Of a stretch of 64,000 bases of DNA, positions 30,000-43,018 are shown in pieces. The translations under genes and the position numbers were made by a program. Location of the stretch: assembly GCA_964016885.1 (NCBI GenBank), contig OZ024740.1, forward strand, positions 84,878,001 to 84,942,000, written 5' to 3'. The notes under the pieces are model-generated. The model was not told where the DNA came from. It saw only the letters and a list, made by a program, of their open reading frames with translations, and did not search any database. How positions within the stretch are numbered: the stretch's first letter is position 1; each line of letters opens with the position of its first letter. Origin of the DNA: Eledone cirrhosa. Taxonomy: Eukaryota.

Positions 30000-31340
30000 T
30001 ACTGAGAATAGGAGGTATTTGGTCTAGGATCACTACATTTGGATGTGATTGCCATTACCATGACCAGGATTTAAGAGACACTTTTGCTCATGCTTCTTCT
30101 AGATAACTATGAAACCTACTCCTTTTTTGGTTGGACTAGATTGTGTAGCATGTTGGTTCTGTTTCAAAAAGGCTTTGACCGAAAAGTAAAGTAAGGTTTT
30201 CCTAAACTTCAGGCACTTCCAAATGTTTGGCAGTTTTTGCCTATATTTCCCAAATACACAAATTTAGACTTGGACAAATTGCAGTGGGTCATCCAGAATA
30301 TACTTTAACATTTTGTCAGCAGATGCAATAAAACTAACTTGACTACAGTTTTAGATATTTGGCTACATGAATCACAACTTCATGGTCTGTACACTCAACT
30401 TAGGATGGAACAAGAAACAAGGACCTAGTTATCAGAAGCTGAAAATGTCTTTTCTGGTGTAGGAAGATTTCAAAGACTGGATTAGAACACTAGTTAAGCA
30501 GAAACTGACCATCATCAACAAGTGGTGGGGTTTATTAAAGAACATTTAAGCTGCATTGATTAGCCTTGTCAAAGAGATAGCTGTAGATAATTGGAGAGTA
30601 GAAAAGGAAACATACCATTGTTTAGAAGGTACATCACAAATGATATGTTAGTATCAAAAATGGCCTTCAACCATTTTTTCAATGCAAAACAAATTATACA
30701 TTGTCCATGCTAGAGCATGTATGCTGAAACAAAGGTACTAAAGCCATTTGATGGATTTAAGAGAAAGAGATACAGTATGAAAACTAAGCTACATTTGGTT
30801 TCTGACAGACCATAGCAGGCTCATGTTCTCTGATTCCAAACAGGTGGTTTTCCAGCAGCAATTTGCCAAATCTTTTACAAGGAGCAACAAATTGGAAACT
30901 GAGTTTGATGACCTACTGTAACTCTTGAGAAAGAATTCTGTGAAAAGCTGATATCAGCAGACGAAGTGTTGGACATGTTGAGTCATTGTACAAGAGGCCA
31001 ATTGCCAGGGTTGGCTGTCTTGCCTTATGAGTTCTCTATATACCAGTCATATTTGCTGCTATCTTTGGAGAAGAGTTAAATATTTTGGCAAAGGTGTTCA
31101 ACAGAAGGTTTGTGAGATTATCAGAAATACACAAACATATGCCATCTCCAGCAGATATATTCATGACAACCTTCACCTCATGCAATTTATTGTGGAGAAA
31201 ATCTGATTCCAACAAGGTGGATTAGTCCAAAGCTTTTGACAAGTGGGACCATAAATATCTGGTGTCTGCCCTAAGAGCAGCCTGTTTTTGTCGTTTTTAA
31301 AGGCTAGATTGCTACAATGTTTCGAGGTTAATCTGAATAA
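30000..31340 (+). mobile_element. Decayed Tx1/L1-clade LINE ORF2 (APE to RT)
   Basis: Fragments TWTNCSGSSRIY, QGPSYQKL (cf. GPGYWKLN), LISADEVLDMLSHCTRGQLPGLAVLPYEF, SRYIHDNLHLM, SKAFDKWDHKYL; many stops and frameshifts. Confidence 0.8.
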
Positions 31341-31377
31341 CTAACTCTTTAAACATTTTGCATTGCATACTCAGTCT

Positions 31378-34112
31378 CATCATCATCATCATCATCATCA
31401 TCATCACCGTTTTACGTCCGTTCTTCCACGCTAGCATGGGTTAGACGGGTTGTCCTGTTGTGGGCAGTGTCTGGTCGGCTGACCATGCCTTGCTCATACA
31501 GGAACTGATCTGGCTTGATTTCTACAGCTGGATGCCCTTCCTAACACCAACCTCATTTACAGTGAGTGCTGGGTGCTTTTTCGTGGCGCCTACACGTCCA
31601 CTTTACAGTGTGGGCTGGGTGCTTTTTTGCCGTGGCACCTCCACGACCACCTTGCGGTGGGGGGGGGGGGGGGGCATATTGTTTATATGCTTCAGCATGT
31701 ACCCATGGGAGGTCGGGTACCCTGTATTACTGCGTGACGCCAGTAGTCACGGTCGTGTGTCATTGACTTTGAGAGGTGTAGTTGGGTAAGGTCGGCTTTT
31801 ATCACCTCATCCCAAGTCATCTTGGGTCTCCCCACTCCGCGGTTTCCGTCAACTTCTAGTGCTCTGCACCTTTTTATGCAGCTGTCATCCTTCATACGCA
31901 TCACATGTCCATACCAGCGTAACCGCCTCTCCTGCACGCAGCATTTGATTCCTCTTATGCTCAGTCTCTCTCTCAATTCCTTTATGCTTTGTCGTTCACG
32001 TATATTACTGTTACACATCCATCGGAGCATGCAGGCTTCGTTTCTCTCTAATCTACGTAAGTCTTCCACCTTCAGCGCCCAGGTCTCACTACCATGCAAC
32101 ATCGCTGTTCGGATACACGCATCATACAGTCTGCCTTTCATTCTGAGGGAGAAGCCTTTTGCAGCTAGCAGTGGTAGTAGTTCCCTAAACTTCTTCCATC
32201 CCGTTCTTACCCTAGTTATTGTACTTTCTGAGCACCCACCTCCGTTGCTAATTCGGTCACCTAGGTAGCAGAAGCTGTCTACTGTTTCTACAGGGCCCTC
32301 CCAGAGATTGGTGGTACTTGTTTCCTGTGGCTGTTTGCTTGCTGTTTCAGCACAGCTGCTGCATGTGAATCCTACATTCTTAATTAAGCTTCCTGAGATC
32401 CCGCTACATCTCTTGTGTACCCATTGTTTGCATTTGGGGCAGAGAATGGAGTCCCTACCTACACCTTTCCTACATACTGAGCAAGGCCATTTCCCTGAGG
32501 GGATCTGGGTTCTGTTTTCTCGTCTACTTATAAGGACCTTAGTCTTTGTCATGTTGACTTTGAGGCCCTTTCTCTCTAGTCCCTGCTTCGAGGTTTGGAA
32601 TTTATTCTCTAGTTCTACCATAGATTCAGCTATGAGTGCGAGGTCATCAGCATACAGGAGTTCCCATGGGCATCCGGTCTTAAACTCCTCCGTTATTGCC
32701 TGCAGGACTATGATGAACAGGAGAGGGCTAAGAACAGAGCCCTGGTGGACCCCAACCTGTACGCTAAATTCCTCGCTATACTCATTGCCAATCCTAACTT
32801 TGCTGACTGCTCCCCTATACATGGCTTGTACCGCTTTCACAAGCCATTCATCTACTCCTAGTTTTCTAAGAGCCCACCAGATTACTGCACGTGGAACTCT
32901 GTCAAAGGCTTTCTCAAGGTCGACAAATGCCAAGTAGAGTGGCTTACTTTTAGCTAGGTACTTTTCCTGTAATTGCCTCACAAGGAAGAGGGCATCAGTG
33001 GTGCCTTTCCCTGGTACAAACCCAAATTGCATCTCGTCTATATTCACCCGGTCCCTAATCAGCTGTGCTATAACTCTTTCTGTTACTTTCATGACCTGGT
33101 CCATCAACTTTATACCTCTATAGTTTCCTCTATCTAGTGCATCGCCTTTACCTTTGTAGCAGTTGACAATGATGCTACTGCACCAATCTTTTGGTATGGC
33201 CCCCTCTAGTATTACCTAGTTAACGATACGTGTGGTTATAGTGTGACCTACAGACCCAGATGCCTTCAGCATCTCGGCAGCTATACCCGATGGACCGGTT
33301 GCCTTCCCTATCTTCATATCTCTGATTGCCTTACTTACTACGCTGCCGCTGACTTGTACTGCTGGTCCCTCTATAGGGTCTACGTGGGGTAGGGTCTCTT
33401 CTTCCCATGCATTCTCCTCATTTAGTAATCTATCATAATGACTCTTCCATGCATCTTTCTTCTCAGCACTTGTGAGGGCAAGCTCACCTTTATCATTCCG
33501 GATACACTTCTCTCCAATGACATCACAACTATCTCTGACACACTGCCTCGCAATCTTGAATACCTCCTGTTTCTGGTCCTCACGTTGTAAAACATGCTTG
33601 AATTTTCTATCCTCTGCTTCCCTCCTAGCTAAGTATACTTGTCGCCTAGCTTCCCTCTTGGTCTCTATGTAATGTACCCTGCTCCCCCCGTTCTTCCATT
33701 CTTTCCATGCCTGTCTCTTGGCCTTGACTGCTTCATCTACCTTATTGTTCCACCACCAAGTCACTCTCCTCCTGCTTGAGGTCTTACTCCAGCCACAAAC
33801 CTCATCCGTCGCCTCTAGTAAGTTATTTTTTAGGAACTCCCAGTTCTCTTCTACGTTAAATGTCTCTATCTGTTCTTCTTTACTGTCGTAGGCGTTGAGT
33901 AAAATATCTTTAAATCTGTTACTGGTTGAGGGGACTTTCAGCTTCCAGATCTTTCTTCTCCAGGTTGGCCTCTGTTTCAGGGCTCGTCTAGTTCTGACCG
34001 TGAGGTCGCTGACAACTAAGCTATGTTGGGATGTACATTCCTCACTAGGGAAGGCTTTTGTGTTTACGACCGTCCATCTGTCACGTCCTCTGATGAGGAT
34101 AAAATCTATCAA
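31378..34112 (-). mobile_element. 5'-truncated, young RTE-clade LINE (end of APE + RT + PHD-like insert + 3'UTR + (GAT)n tail)
   Basis: ORFs 34112-33216 and 33107-31692 are in one frame, split by a single TAG at 33216-33218. Motifs QFGFVPGKGTTDA, FVDLEKAFDRV, GVHQGSVLSP, YADD, YLG. (CAT)n at 31378-31406. Confidence 0.95.
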
Positions 34113-34389
34113 AGATATCTCCTATCTGTATATGTTGACAGGGAAGCCATTGTTGCATATGATAGAAGTTTTGTTGGAGACATCCTGCTGGAATTGCAGA
34201 GGTTCTGGGTGAAGAACATTAAAACACCAAAGTAAGTGTTGGTAAACTCATTAAATGCAAGTTTCTAGTATGGAAACACGCTGAATTGGATGACTAAGAG
34301 CAAATGACTCATTTTCCATACTAAATCACAGGTTAACCATGCGGGACCCCACGACAGGCATCATACATATCATGGAGTCCTTTTTTAGG

Positions 34390-34390
<1 letters not shown>

Positions 34391-34420
<30 letters not shown>

Positions 34421-35130
34421 GTTTAATGTCCCTGTTCCACGCTTGCATGGGTTTGGACGGGGGTTTTCCCACTTGAGGCAAGAGTGGTTGTCTTGCTCGC
34501 ATAGGACTGTCTGGCGGGATTTCTACAGTTGGATGCCCTTCCTAACACCAACCACATTTACAGTGTGGGACTGGGAGGTTTTTACCGTGTTGCCTACACG
34601 GCCACATTACAGCGTGGACTGTGTGTTTTTTGTCGTGACACCTACACGATCTCATTTGTTTCGGCCTGGATGTTGTGGCACCAACATAACTTTGCATTGA
34701 AGGGGGCGGTGTGGATGGGGTGGGGGTGGTGGGACGGGGGTGTATTTTGTTAGAGATGCCTACTGACTGTAGTAGGTTTTACTTTGTATTTAGGTAAGGC
34801 GGGTCTTCTCTGTTACTGAGTACCGCCAAAGGTCTCGGTCCAGTGACATTGTCTTGGAGAGGTGTAAGTGTGTGAGGTCGGAATTTATCAACTCGTCCCA
34901 GGTTTTTCTGGGTCTGCCTACTCCGTGGCTACCATCTATCTTTATTGCCCTGCACTTTGTTATACAGCTGTCGTCTTTCATGCGCATCACGTGACCATAC
35001 CAACGTAGCCTTCTCTCGAGTAAACAACATCTGATCCCTCTTATTTCTAATTTTTTCCTTAGTTCGTTTATGCTTTGCCGTTCACGTATATTACTATTAC
35101 ACATCCAGCAGAGCATGCAAGCTTCGTTCG
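34391..35130 (-). mobile_element. 5'-truncated RTE LINE copy
   Basis: ORF 34790-35116 (RRLRWYGHVMRM..GRPRKTW); (CAT)n tail; 3'UTR matches 1533-2030. Confidence 0.9.
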
Positions 35131-35269
35131 CATACTGTCACAGTTAGATGCCCATGCTAGCATGAACCCTTTAATCTAATTCTTATGGCCTGCAGGATAA
35201 GGTACACCTATTCTAAATCAGATGTATAATAATAAATCTAATAAAAAAAACTGCTATTAGTAAATCTGC

Positions 35270-36000
35270 AAAGCTTGAAAAGGAACTGCATAACAAATTA
35301 ATCAAAGAAAATTGACAATATTTAAAACAGTAAACACTCTATTTTACCTTTGCAAACAAAGACTATCATTGTGTGGACATTATGAGGGATAGGTTACCCT
35401 CAACAAAAATAATTATTGTGAATTTATTGTATTGCCTTGCTGAATTAGATAGCATCTTTCTACTAAAAAATGATCAAAACATTATTCAGGATTCTCAAAT
35501 GCAATACAAAATTACATTATATAATTGATGCATTTTGGACTGAAGTTTGCATTTCAGTGTAAGCAGCCCAAACTACTGACTGTACCATGCATATCCACAT
35601 CTAGTATTGTCAGGTATGAAATTGGATGCAAAATAAATGAGAGGTTTGTAGGATTTTGTGATGTATGCAATGACAAAAGGGCGTTGAGGTTCGCCAATGT
35701 GATAGAAAATGTTTTTAATTCCTTTAGTTCTCCAAACAAACAATGGGGCTGTTATGATGGCAAGTGAACGAAATAAGATGCAAACAAAACTGAAAGAGAA
35801 AGTGTTTAAATACAGAAATTTCATTCAGCCTTATGCACATAAACTTAACTTAGTTTTCAGTAGAAGTGCTGAGGAAGTTAATCAGACTAGTTTTTCTTGT
35901 CCCTTATGTAGCTTTGATAAATTTACATCTTCAGGTACAAAGATGAAAAGTGTTTTTAGAGATTTTAATATCAGCATTCCATCAGTGTGTAATACAAGTC
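35270..36000 (+). mobile_element. Decayed hAT (ZMYM1/DUF4371-like) transposase fragment
   Basis: ELHNKLIKEN..YLK; FYLCKQRLSLCGHYE; IVRY...INERFVGFCDVCND; CYDG-AVMMASE..MQTKLKE; IQPYAHKLNLVFS; IPSVCNT. Confidence 0.8.
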
Positions 36001-38048
36001 GAGGGAGGAAAGACTACTCCCTCCCAGAACAAATGGCAACACAAGAAAGACATATCTTTCCTCAACTTGGCACCATTGGATATGGATTATAGTGAGGGGG
36101 TGGTGGTGGCAGACTATCATATACAAAAAGGACAAAAAAAAGAAAAAAGTTTTAACAGTGCCCACAAAAAGGAAACGGGGGGAAAAACAAAAGCCATAAG
36201 GCACGCAACACAAACACTAACATGAATCTCATCACCCCCATCAGCCATACCATAACTACAGACACCAACAATATGTCAAATACAACACAACCCACACCCC
36301 TAATACCAAAAGCAAACCCATAAAAAAAAAGACAAATTACACCATAATAATTACAAAATGTGAAAGTTTAATGCATCATATGGACCAATACACAAATATT
36401 AGAGAAAATAACTATCACAACAACAATAACTATGCTAAAACACATACAAAAACTCAAAACTGAAATTCCCTGATAAAATCTGAGACTTCCAAGGGTCAAT
36501 CTCAAAAAGAATTTTCAGTGATATTCCTATGGAAGTGCCCAAAATTAGCTGTAAGGGTAGCTCAACTGTCTTTCCTCAACACAAATTAGATTAGTGGTCC
36601 TCACTTTTCCTCCTCTTCAGTAAACATAGCCTTACTCAGGATAGGCAGTATAAATGCACATGGCCTCAGATCACTGTACATAAATGTGGTGTCCATCAAC
36701 AAGACCAGAATTTCTAAGGCACTAGCTTTCATACCCATTTTCAGCAGCTACAAGGTAAATGCATCTCCAAGCTCTCTGGGATTGGGAGGTGGAGTCACTG
36801 TGTTTTAGAAAGGCTTTGATTTCATGATACAGGCCATCTTTCAGGACCCAGAATAAGTTAGTGGTGCTGGACATGACCAGCAACGAAAAACATGCCTTCA
36901 GACTGGTAGCTACCTGTGTCCCCAGATGAGCAAGATGGCCTCATTTCTTCAGACATCTGGAGATTTTTCTAGGAATGTCCTGCTCCTTAGTAAGTGACTG
37001 GAATGATATTTTAGGCCCATAACTCTGCTAAATGCAGAGGTCAAAATTTTGGCCACGGTGTTAGCAACAAGGTTGGTACTTGTCGTAGAGGGTCTAGTAG
37101 GGGAGGCACAGGGATGAACTATTCCAAACAAATCTATTGACAAAAATCTCCACCTTATATGATACATCGTAGGGAGAGTAGTTAAGGAACCTGGCATTGA
37201 TGGGGCCCTGATCAATTAAAAGTTCTTGATAGGGTCGACCATTGCTACCTGGTAGCAGTTACTAAGGCAGCTAGTTTTGGGCTTGTTTTCAGGGGATAAA
37301 TCACTGCAATACATAGTAACATGTTCAGTGGTCAAAATGAATGGTCACCTCTTGGAACCATTCAACATCATGTGCTTGTTTTCACCAAAGTTGTCCTCTT
37401 TCTTCCCTGATGTACATACTGACTCTTGAGCCACTACTGCACAAACTGGAGACATTAGGAAGCATCCCATGAGAAACAAGGATGCGGGAAAATCATGTCA
37501 GTATAGGCCAATGATGTTATCATAGTGGTGTCAAACACCAAACACATCAAGGTGATCAGCACTGCTCTGAAGGAGTACAAAGAAGTGAAAGGTGTGAAAA
37601 TTAAGAAGGAAAAGGTTCTGGGCTTGCAGCCTGACACCTAGATAGGCGCTGGATGAACAGGCCGGCAAAATTATTTGGGGTTTGGTTTGGTCCAGATTTC
37701 CAGATGGGCAAAAACTGGAATGAGGTAACAAGCAGCTTGGCCACTCACACCCAGAGAATGGGCTGAGGGGAAGCTATCTCTGAAATGTCAGGCATAGATG
37801 GCAAACATGTACATCACGTTTGACGTGTACTACTGCCTGATCATTTTGCTTTGCTCCAGTCCATGTCTGACTGCAATGGAGCATTTACTCTTTTGCTTCT
37901 TGTGGAAAGAATGGTGTTCTGATGGTCAGGCAATCCATCTGCTATGAACACCTGCTGCTAGAGGATTGAGCATGCTATGGTTGATGATGTGTAAACATGT
38001 GCTGGGGCTAAGACATCTCCAGTTTTTCCTTGATGTTGAACATGTGGT

Positions 38049-38911
38049 TTTAGCAGGGATATAGATAATAATATTTGTATTTGTATCAACAGAGGTCACC
38101 AATATAGCAGACATTTAATAGTCACCAGTTTAGCTGTTAAATAATATGCCATGTAATAATAATATCAACGACAATAATAATAATTGTTTCTACTTTAGGC
38201 ACAAGGCCAGCAATCACCCAGTGCATTACTGGTACTTTATTTTATCGACCCCGTAAGGATGAAAGGCAAAGTCAACCTCGGCGGGATTTGAACTCAGATC
38301 GTAAAGGGACGTAACTATGCTGGAAAGCATGGCGTCCAACCCTCTACCGATACTGCCAATCCACCGCCCCCAACGACAATAATAATAATAATGATGTATT
38401 TTGTTGTAACAGGAAAGGTATGGTTTTGTTATATCAATGAATGTAATGGTTTTGTTATATGGCAATGTTAGTTGAATTGAGGTTCAGCTGTAAGTCCCAG
38501 GTTCTGTTGCTGCTGTGATAATAACTCTGGAAAGGATCTTTCCATATCACATTTAAAGGCTATGGCTGTGGTAATAGCATCACAAGACTTTACAATGTTT
38601 TTACATATTTTATTTACAAACCGATTAGTTAAGAGTTTAGAAGGTATGGTCAACTGGCTGAGGTGCTGGCCAAGCTGCAGTTATGTTGTTGTCGTTACAT
38701 ATTGGCTAGTGGTTTCACGGCAAAAGAAAAATGGTGTTTACCTTTCCACAGTTAAAGCAACAAGAGATAGAGTTTATCGAAAGTAGCGGGAAAATCTCAG
38801 TTTAGGCAGAAGTTGAAAATACATATCTGTTCGCGGCTCATGGTTGGCCTGACTTAGCCAAATCATGCACGAATAGCTTATCAATGCACCAAAGGAAAGT
38901 AGCTTCCTACA
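38049..38911 (-). mobile_element. Solo-LTR-like insertion related to the LTRs at 56287-58673, 4-bp TSD TGGT, containing a SINE
   Basis: Begins tttagcag and ends ctaca like the 56287 LTR; internal similarity 'gttacatattggctagtg.tttcacggc.aaagaaa'; TGGT at 38045-38048 and 38912-38915. Confidence 0.78.
38180..38375 (-). mobile_element. tRNA-derived SINE nested in the solo LTR
   Basis: Reverse complement of the 27855-28020 family. Confidence 0.8.
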
Positions 38912-39189
38912 TGGTCAACACTTTCTAGATGTTTTTCCATAGCTTATTTCCTTGATGGAGGTGCAATCCTGGGTCAAGGGAAGACTGGGAGGAAGCGCTT
39001 GGACACTGGAATGTCTTGAAGCATTCACAGCCCTCTGCCATTTGGACAGTACGATCAGTGGAAATTCCACCATGGCATTCCAGAGTGGGTTAGTGGTGGG
39101 CAAAAGCTATGATTTATATCTTTCAATGAGACCCTCAACATAAGCCAAACAGTAGCGCATGGCTTAATTTAGTGCCCTCTTCACCAACT

Positions 39190-39440
39190 GGTACATCAAA
39201 CCTTGTTATTTTCGTCCACAAACCTGGGCATCGCTGCCCTTAATGGGGAGAAAAAGATAGCTAAATATCAGGGGCTGAGCAACCACTTCCTTTTCATGTT
39301 AGTTGCCATCGACATTTCTGGAGTCCTTGGTCCCTGAACAGCAGTTTTCCTCCAATGAATCAGGAAGAGTGCATTCCACCTGAGGAATGATCCCCGTGAA
39401 GTAGAGTGGTTGATGAGGCAGATGTTGGCTTTCACCAATA
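39190..39440 (+). mobile_element. CRE/NeSL-type RLE non-LTR retrotransposon 3' remnant
   Basis: PGIAALNGEKKIAKYQGLSNHFLFMLVAIDISGVLGP*TA.FL...DPREVEWLMR (cf. KY..L...F.PVAVETSGV.GP). Confidence 0.65.
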
Positions 39441-39559
39441 TGTCTACAACACGTAGCTGAGGCACACCAGTAATCTGCCATTTCCTTCTATAACAAAATA
39501 CTGGGTTGTATAAGTATAACATATGACGTGGTTTGTGTGTATAATATTTAATTAACAAT

Positions 39560-40525
39560 TTGTGGATATATAGAACAGTATAGTTGACATGTCAATGAAT
39601 AGATGAAAGAATGAAGCAAAGTTATTAGTTACCGTTTTGGTTGCCAGGCGAACGCGCCTGGCCGAAGGCCAGGAGCCGAAAGGGAGCTGAGAGTTATTCG
39701 TTTTATAGGGTTGGACCGGAAGTTACAGAAAGGGTTCTACTTCCTATCTAGAAAGCGTTAATCTATTGGTGTTGTGAGTGTCACAACAAGGGAGGCAACT
39801 CCTGCTACATTATCTCCCGCCAGATTTTTTAAATATAAAAATTGAATGAAATATGTATGTAGTAAGTTGGCGAGAATGTTGTAACAGGCATGAAAATTAC
39901 GAAAAAACTAATGTTTGCAATAATCAAGGTAGCCAACCGCTCTTGGCCAGAGAACGACTGGACATCTATCTATCCATCACCCAAAGATACAATGTAATCA
40001 AAGTAAGAGAAGAGCTCAAAGTTCAAATGTTCAAAATACAGTTCACAGGTGTGCAATCACATGACAGCAGGAAAGAAAATGTGTTCCAGAGAATGAATGC
40101 AGGTGGTTTCTGTTCTGTGGTATAACGTGAAATTTCCAACCTCCGAATGGATTTTCTCACAGGAAGAGTGTTGCAAAAATAAATTCTCTGGCTTGTTCTG
40201 CTGGTTTTGGTTGTTGATGAAGCTGTGTTGCTGTTGATGTTGTTGTCTCGCGGGGTGAGCGTATTCGATGTTTAAATTAACAGTAAAAAAAATTTTCAGA
40301 AAAAATGAGTTGCGCAAAGTGCTAGAAATAACAGCCGAAGTTTATGGTCGATGTTAAGAATGCGTTGACCTGGAAGGGTCAAGAGGCCAGCGACCAAAGA
40401 AATAAGCATTCTGAATAAATGCGCAGTTTTCAACGGCAAATTTTCCCGTTGTTTTTGTTTTAAATATGTAAACATTGACAGACTAAATTTCTTTCTTTTA
40501 TTTTTATATAAAACTCTCCACCAAC
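39560..40525 (-). mobile_element. Possible truncated non-autonomous LTR element (one LTR ending ctaca at ~39809, a PPT-like tract and a PBS-like TGGTGGAGA at ~40515-40523)
   Basis: Minus strand GGCGGGAGATAA|TGTAGC; no second LTR seen. Confidence 0.4.
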
Positions 40526-40587
40526 AAAAAACAAATTATCAGATTCCCTACAGGTACACACCAACTACACCCCTTAATTCTCTAGGC

Positions 40588-41010
40588 TTCTTCTTCTTCG
40601 CTCACTTATTCCTGAGAGGGTCGTGGGGAGAAAGTCCTCAAATACTCCTAGTGAGTCCTATCAGAAGCAACCGTCTTCGAATGATCCGGCTGGATTCCCA
40701 AGCAGGAGTAGCCGAGCTCATGGATGTTATCCAGCCATTTTGCTCGGGGTCTAGCCCTGAACCTCCTGCCGGTTTGTTTTGCCCGTAAAATCTGTCCAGC
40801 GATTCTTTCCTGAGACATTCTAACCACATGCCCACAGTATCGGAGAAGTAGCGGCTCTACCTGGAGCGACACTCTGATCCCCGAAATATGCACTCTATCG
40901 AGTAACGTTACTCCTAAGACCCTTCGGAGATTTTCGCACTGTATGAACAATATCAGTGATAATCCGTGGAGTCCCATCCAATGTACAACTGCGTCTTTTT
41001 GAATCTTAAA
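40588..41010 (-). mobile_element. RTE-like LINE 3' fragment with (GAA)n tail
   Basis: LRYCGHVVRMSQERIA..ILRA..TGRR.RARPRAKWLD; (TTC)n at 40588-40600. Confidence 0.75.
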
Positions 41011-41450
41011 GTGTACACCAATCGGCACTACAACGCTATTAGCTGTCAGTCCCGTGGAAAACAGGCGAAGGTGACGTCACTCGTCAACATCGTTTATTTC
41101 CGTATTACTACCACGCGTAAGTGGAGTTTTCACGCGTTTTTTTGTTTGAGAGAGAGGGGGAAGAGAGAAAGAGGGAAGACTTAAAAGGGCCAAATTAGAA
41201 AACAAGTCATGGTTATAAAGCATATCGATGTAAGTGGAGTTACTTAAATGAAAATATAAGTGGCCCTTAAAAGGGCCAATTAGAAAACAAATTTAAGTTA
41301 ATTAGAAAACAAGTCATGGTTATCAATGTAGAAAACAAGTCATTCATAAATTTAAGTTTTATAATCAAATTTTTTTCACCAACAAATATGACAGCTAATA
41401 GCGTTGTAGTGCCCGCAATTCTGTATCTTTACGTATATTGCGCATAGATT

Positions 41451-41681
41451 CGAGGGTTGACAAAGATACTCTCATGGAATATGACCAAATGAGGTTTATT
41501 TTTCAACATAGTCTCCCTTGTGTTCCACACACTTCTTCCATCGGTGTTGCAGTACTGAGATCAATGTTTTCCTCGGTAGTGGCAGTTGTAGGACGTCCAG
41601 ATATTGGGTCATCTTCAAGAATCCCCTATCCTTTCCTAAATTCGGCTGCCCACTTTTGCACAAAGGAAAATTGTGGTACAA
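41451..41681 (-). mobile_element. Internally deleted mariner remnant
   Basis: C-terminal LQHRWKKCVEHKGDYVEK* fused to an N-terminal EDDPISGRPTTATTEENI-like piece; TIR-like cgagggttg at 41451. Confidence 0.8.
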
Positions 41682-42410
41682 TATTGTAAGGTCTGCTTAT
41701 AGCATTATCCATCTTTCAAAAATGAAGGTCCACATTTCGTCGACTTCAATACATTTTATTACATTTTATTGTATTGTAAACATTAACTTTTATGGAAATT
41801 ATATTACAAAATTTCAATTTAGTTCGATTTTTTGGAATTTATTTAACAAACATGGAAAAATAAGAAAAAGAATAAAATAAAAAATAATTTGATTGCTTTT
41901 AATAAAGAAGATAAATAGAGTGGAACTGATTTCCAGGTCATACTAATGAAACAAGGTTTTTTTCCATTACTGATATTATCTGTCTGCCGCAAGTCCTGGT
42001 AGAAGATGCTACACGAACTAAAGTATTTTACTGAAGGACGCAACATGCTGTAGGATCGAAGAAACGAGCCCATGACTTTATAATGGTTAGTCCAGTACCG
42101 TAACCCCTAAAGGCATGTGCCTTCACAGAGGAATGGTAAATCATATTATAACAGATTAGATGGGTACTATGTTAGATATTACTATGTGTCATATTATACC
42201 AAAGAGGAAGTGTGCTGTATAATAAACATTGATATCAGGTTGATTCAATAACTACCCGGTCCCAAATATGAACCCATGAACTTATGGTCGTCAGTCAAAC
42301 ACTTTAACCATTGTATGTATGTATGTATGTATACACGTATGGATGTATGTGTGTATACATGTATGTATGGATGGATGGTTTCTTGGTGAGGAGGGTGACT
42401 TTAGACATAT

Positions 42411-42970
42411 GTCAGGTCACCAGTTGGTGCTACTGGTAACATGTATCCCAGTATAACATGTCTCATGGTCGGGTCGTTGGCGACTAAACTGGCAACCCCA
42501 CCAAGGTTTCTTGGTGAGGAGGGTGACTTTGGACATCCTGCAGGACTAAAAACAAAACCTGTCAAAGGGCAAAGGAGCTCTTAAGAGTCAATGGCCATCC
42601 AAAATCTAGGAGAAGGAAAACTCTGATATAACACCTGCAACTCTGATGGTATCCAATGATGTTGACTTGTTCTTCTTTTTGGTAAATATCATCTTGGTCA
42701 AGAGAGTGGGACTGGCTTTGTGCACTGCCTTTGCTCACTATAAAAGCTTCATGGCACAGGCATTGCTTTATATCTGGAGATCTCTCTGCACTTGTCGTCA
42801 CATGGGACCAGCACTATGTGTCAATAATTGTCACAAGTGTAGTGTTTGTACCAGAGTTTTCAAGTCGTTGGCTGGACTAAAAAGTCACTCTCGTTCAGCG
42901 CATCGGTAGGGGTTCTCCTACATGGATATAAAGTAGTGGCCGTACTCGAAAACGAGTTGGCAGCCACCAT
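42411..42970 (+). mobile_element. Bipartite RTE-derived element with complete 5' end
   Basis: RTE-like 5' leader plus a C2H2-like 3' remnant ([22 protein letters not shown]), RTE 3' end and (ATGT)n. Confidence 0.85.
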
Positions 42971-43018
42971 GTATATATATATATATATGTGTATGTATGT
43001 ATGTATGTATATATATAT

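Larger units (their letters stand above)
36635..39140 (+). mobile_element. Decayed Tx1/L1-clade LINE ORF2, interrupted by an LTR-like insertion at 38049-38911
   Basis: RIGSINAHGLRS, DPE.KLVVLD, RPITLLNAEVKILA.VLA.RL, DRVDHCYL, GLSMLWLMM; coding-like sequence resumes after 38915. Confidence 0.85.

Noticed and set aside
34113-34330. Possible YqaJ-like or Tx1 C-terminal coding remnant
   Set aside because: Similarity is too weak to call; it may be the 3' end of the Tx1 at 30000-31340
41071-41125. CRE-like palindrome GTGACGTCAC and ACGCGT motifs as a promoter
   Set aside because: No associated gene or TSS evidence; short motifs are expected by chance
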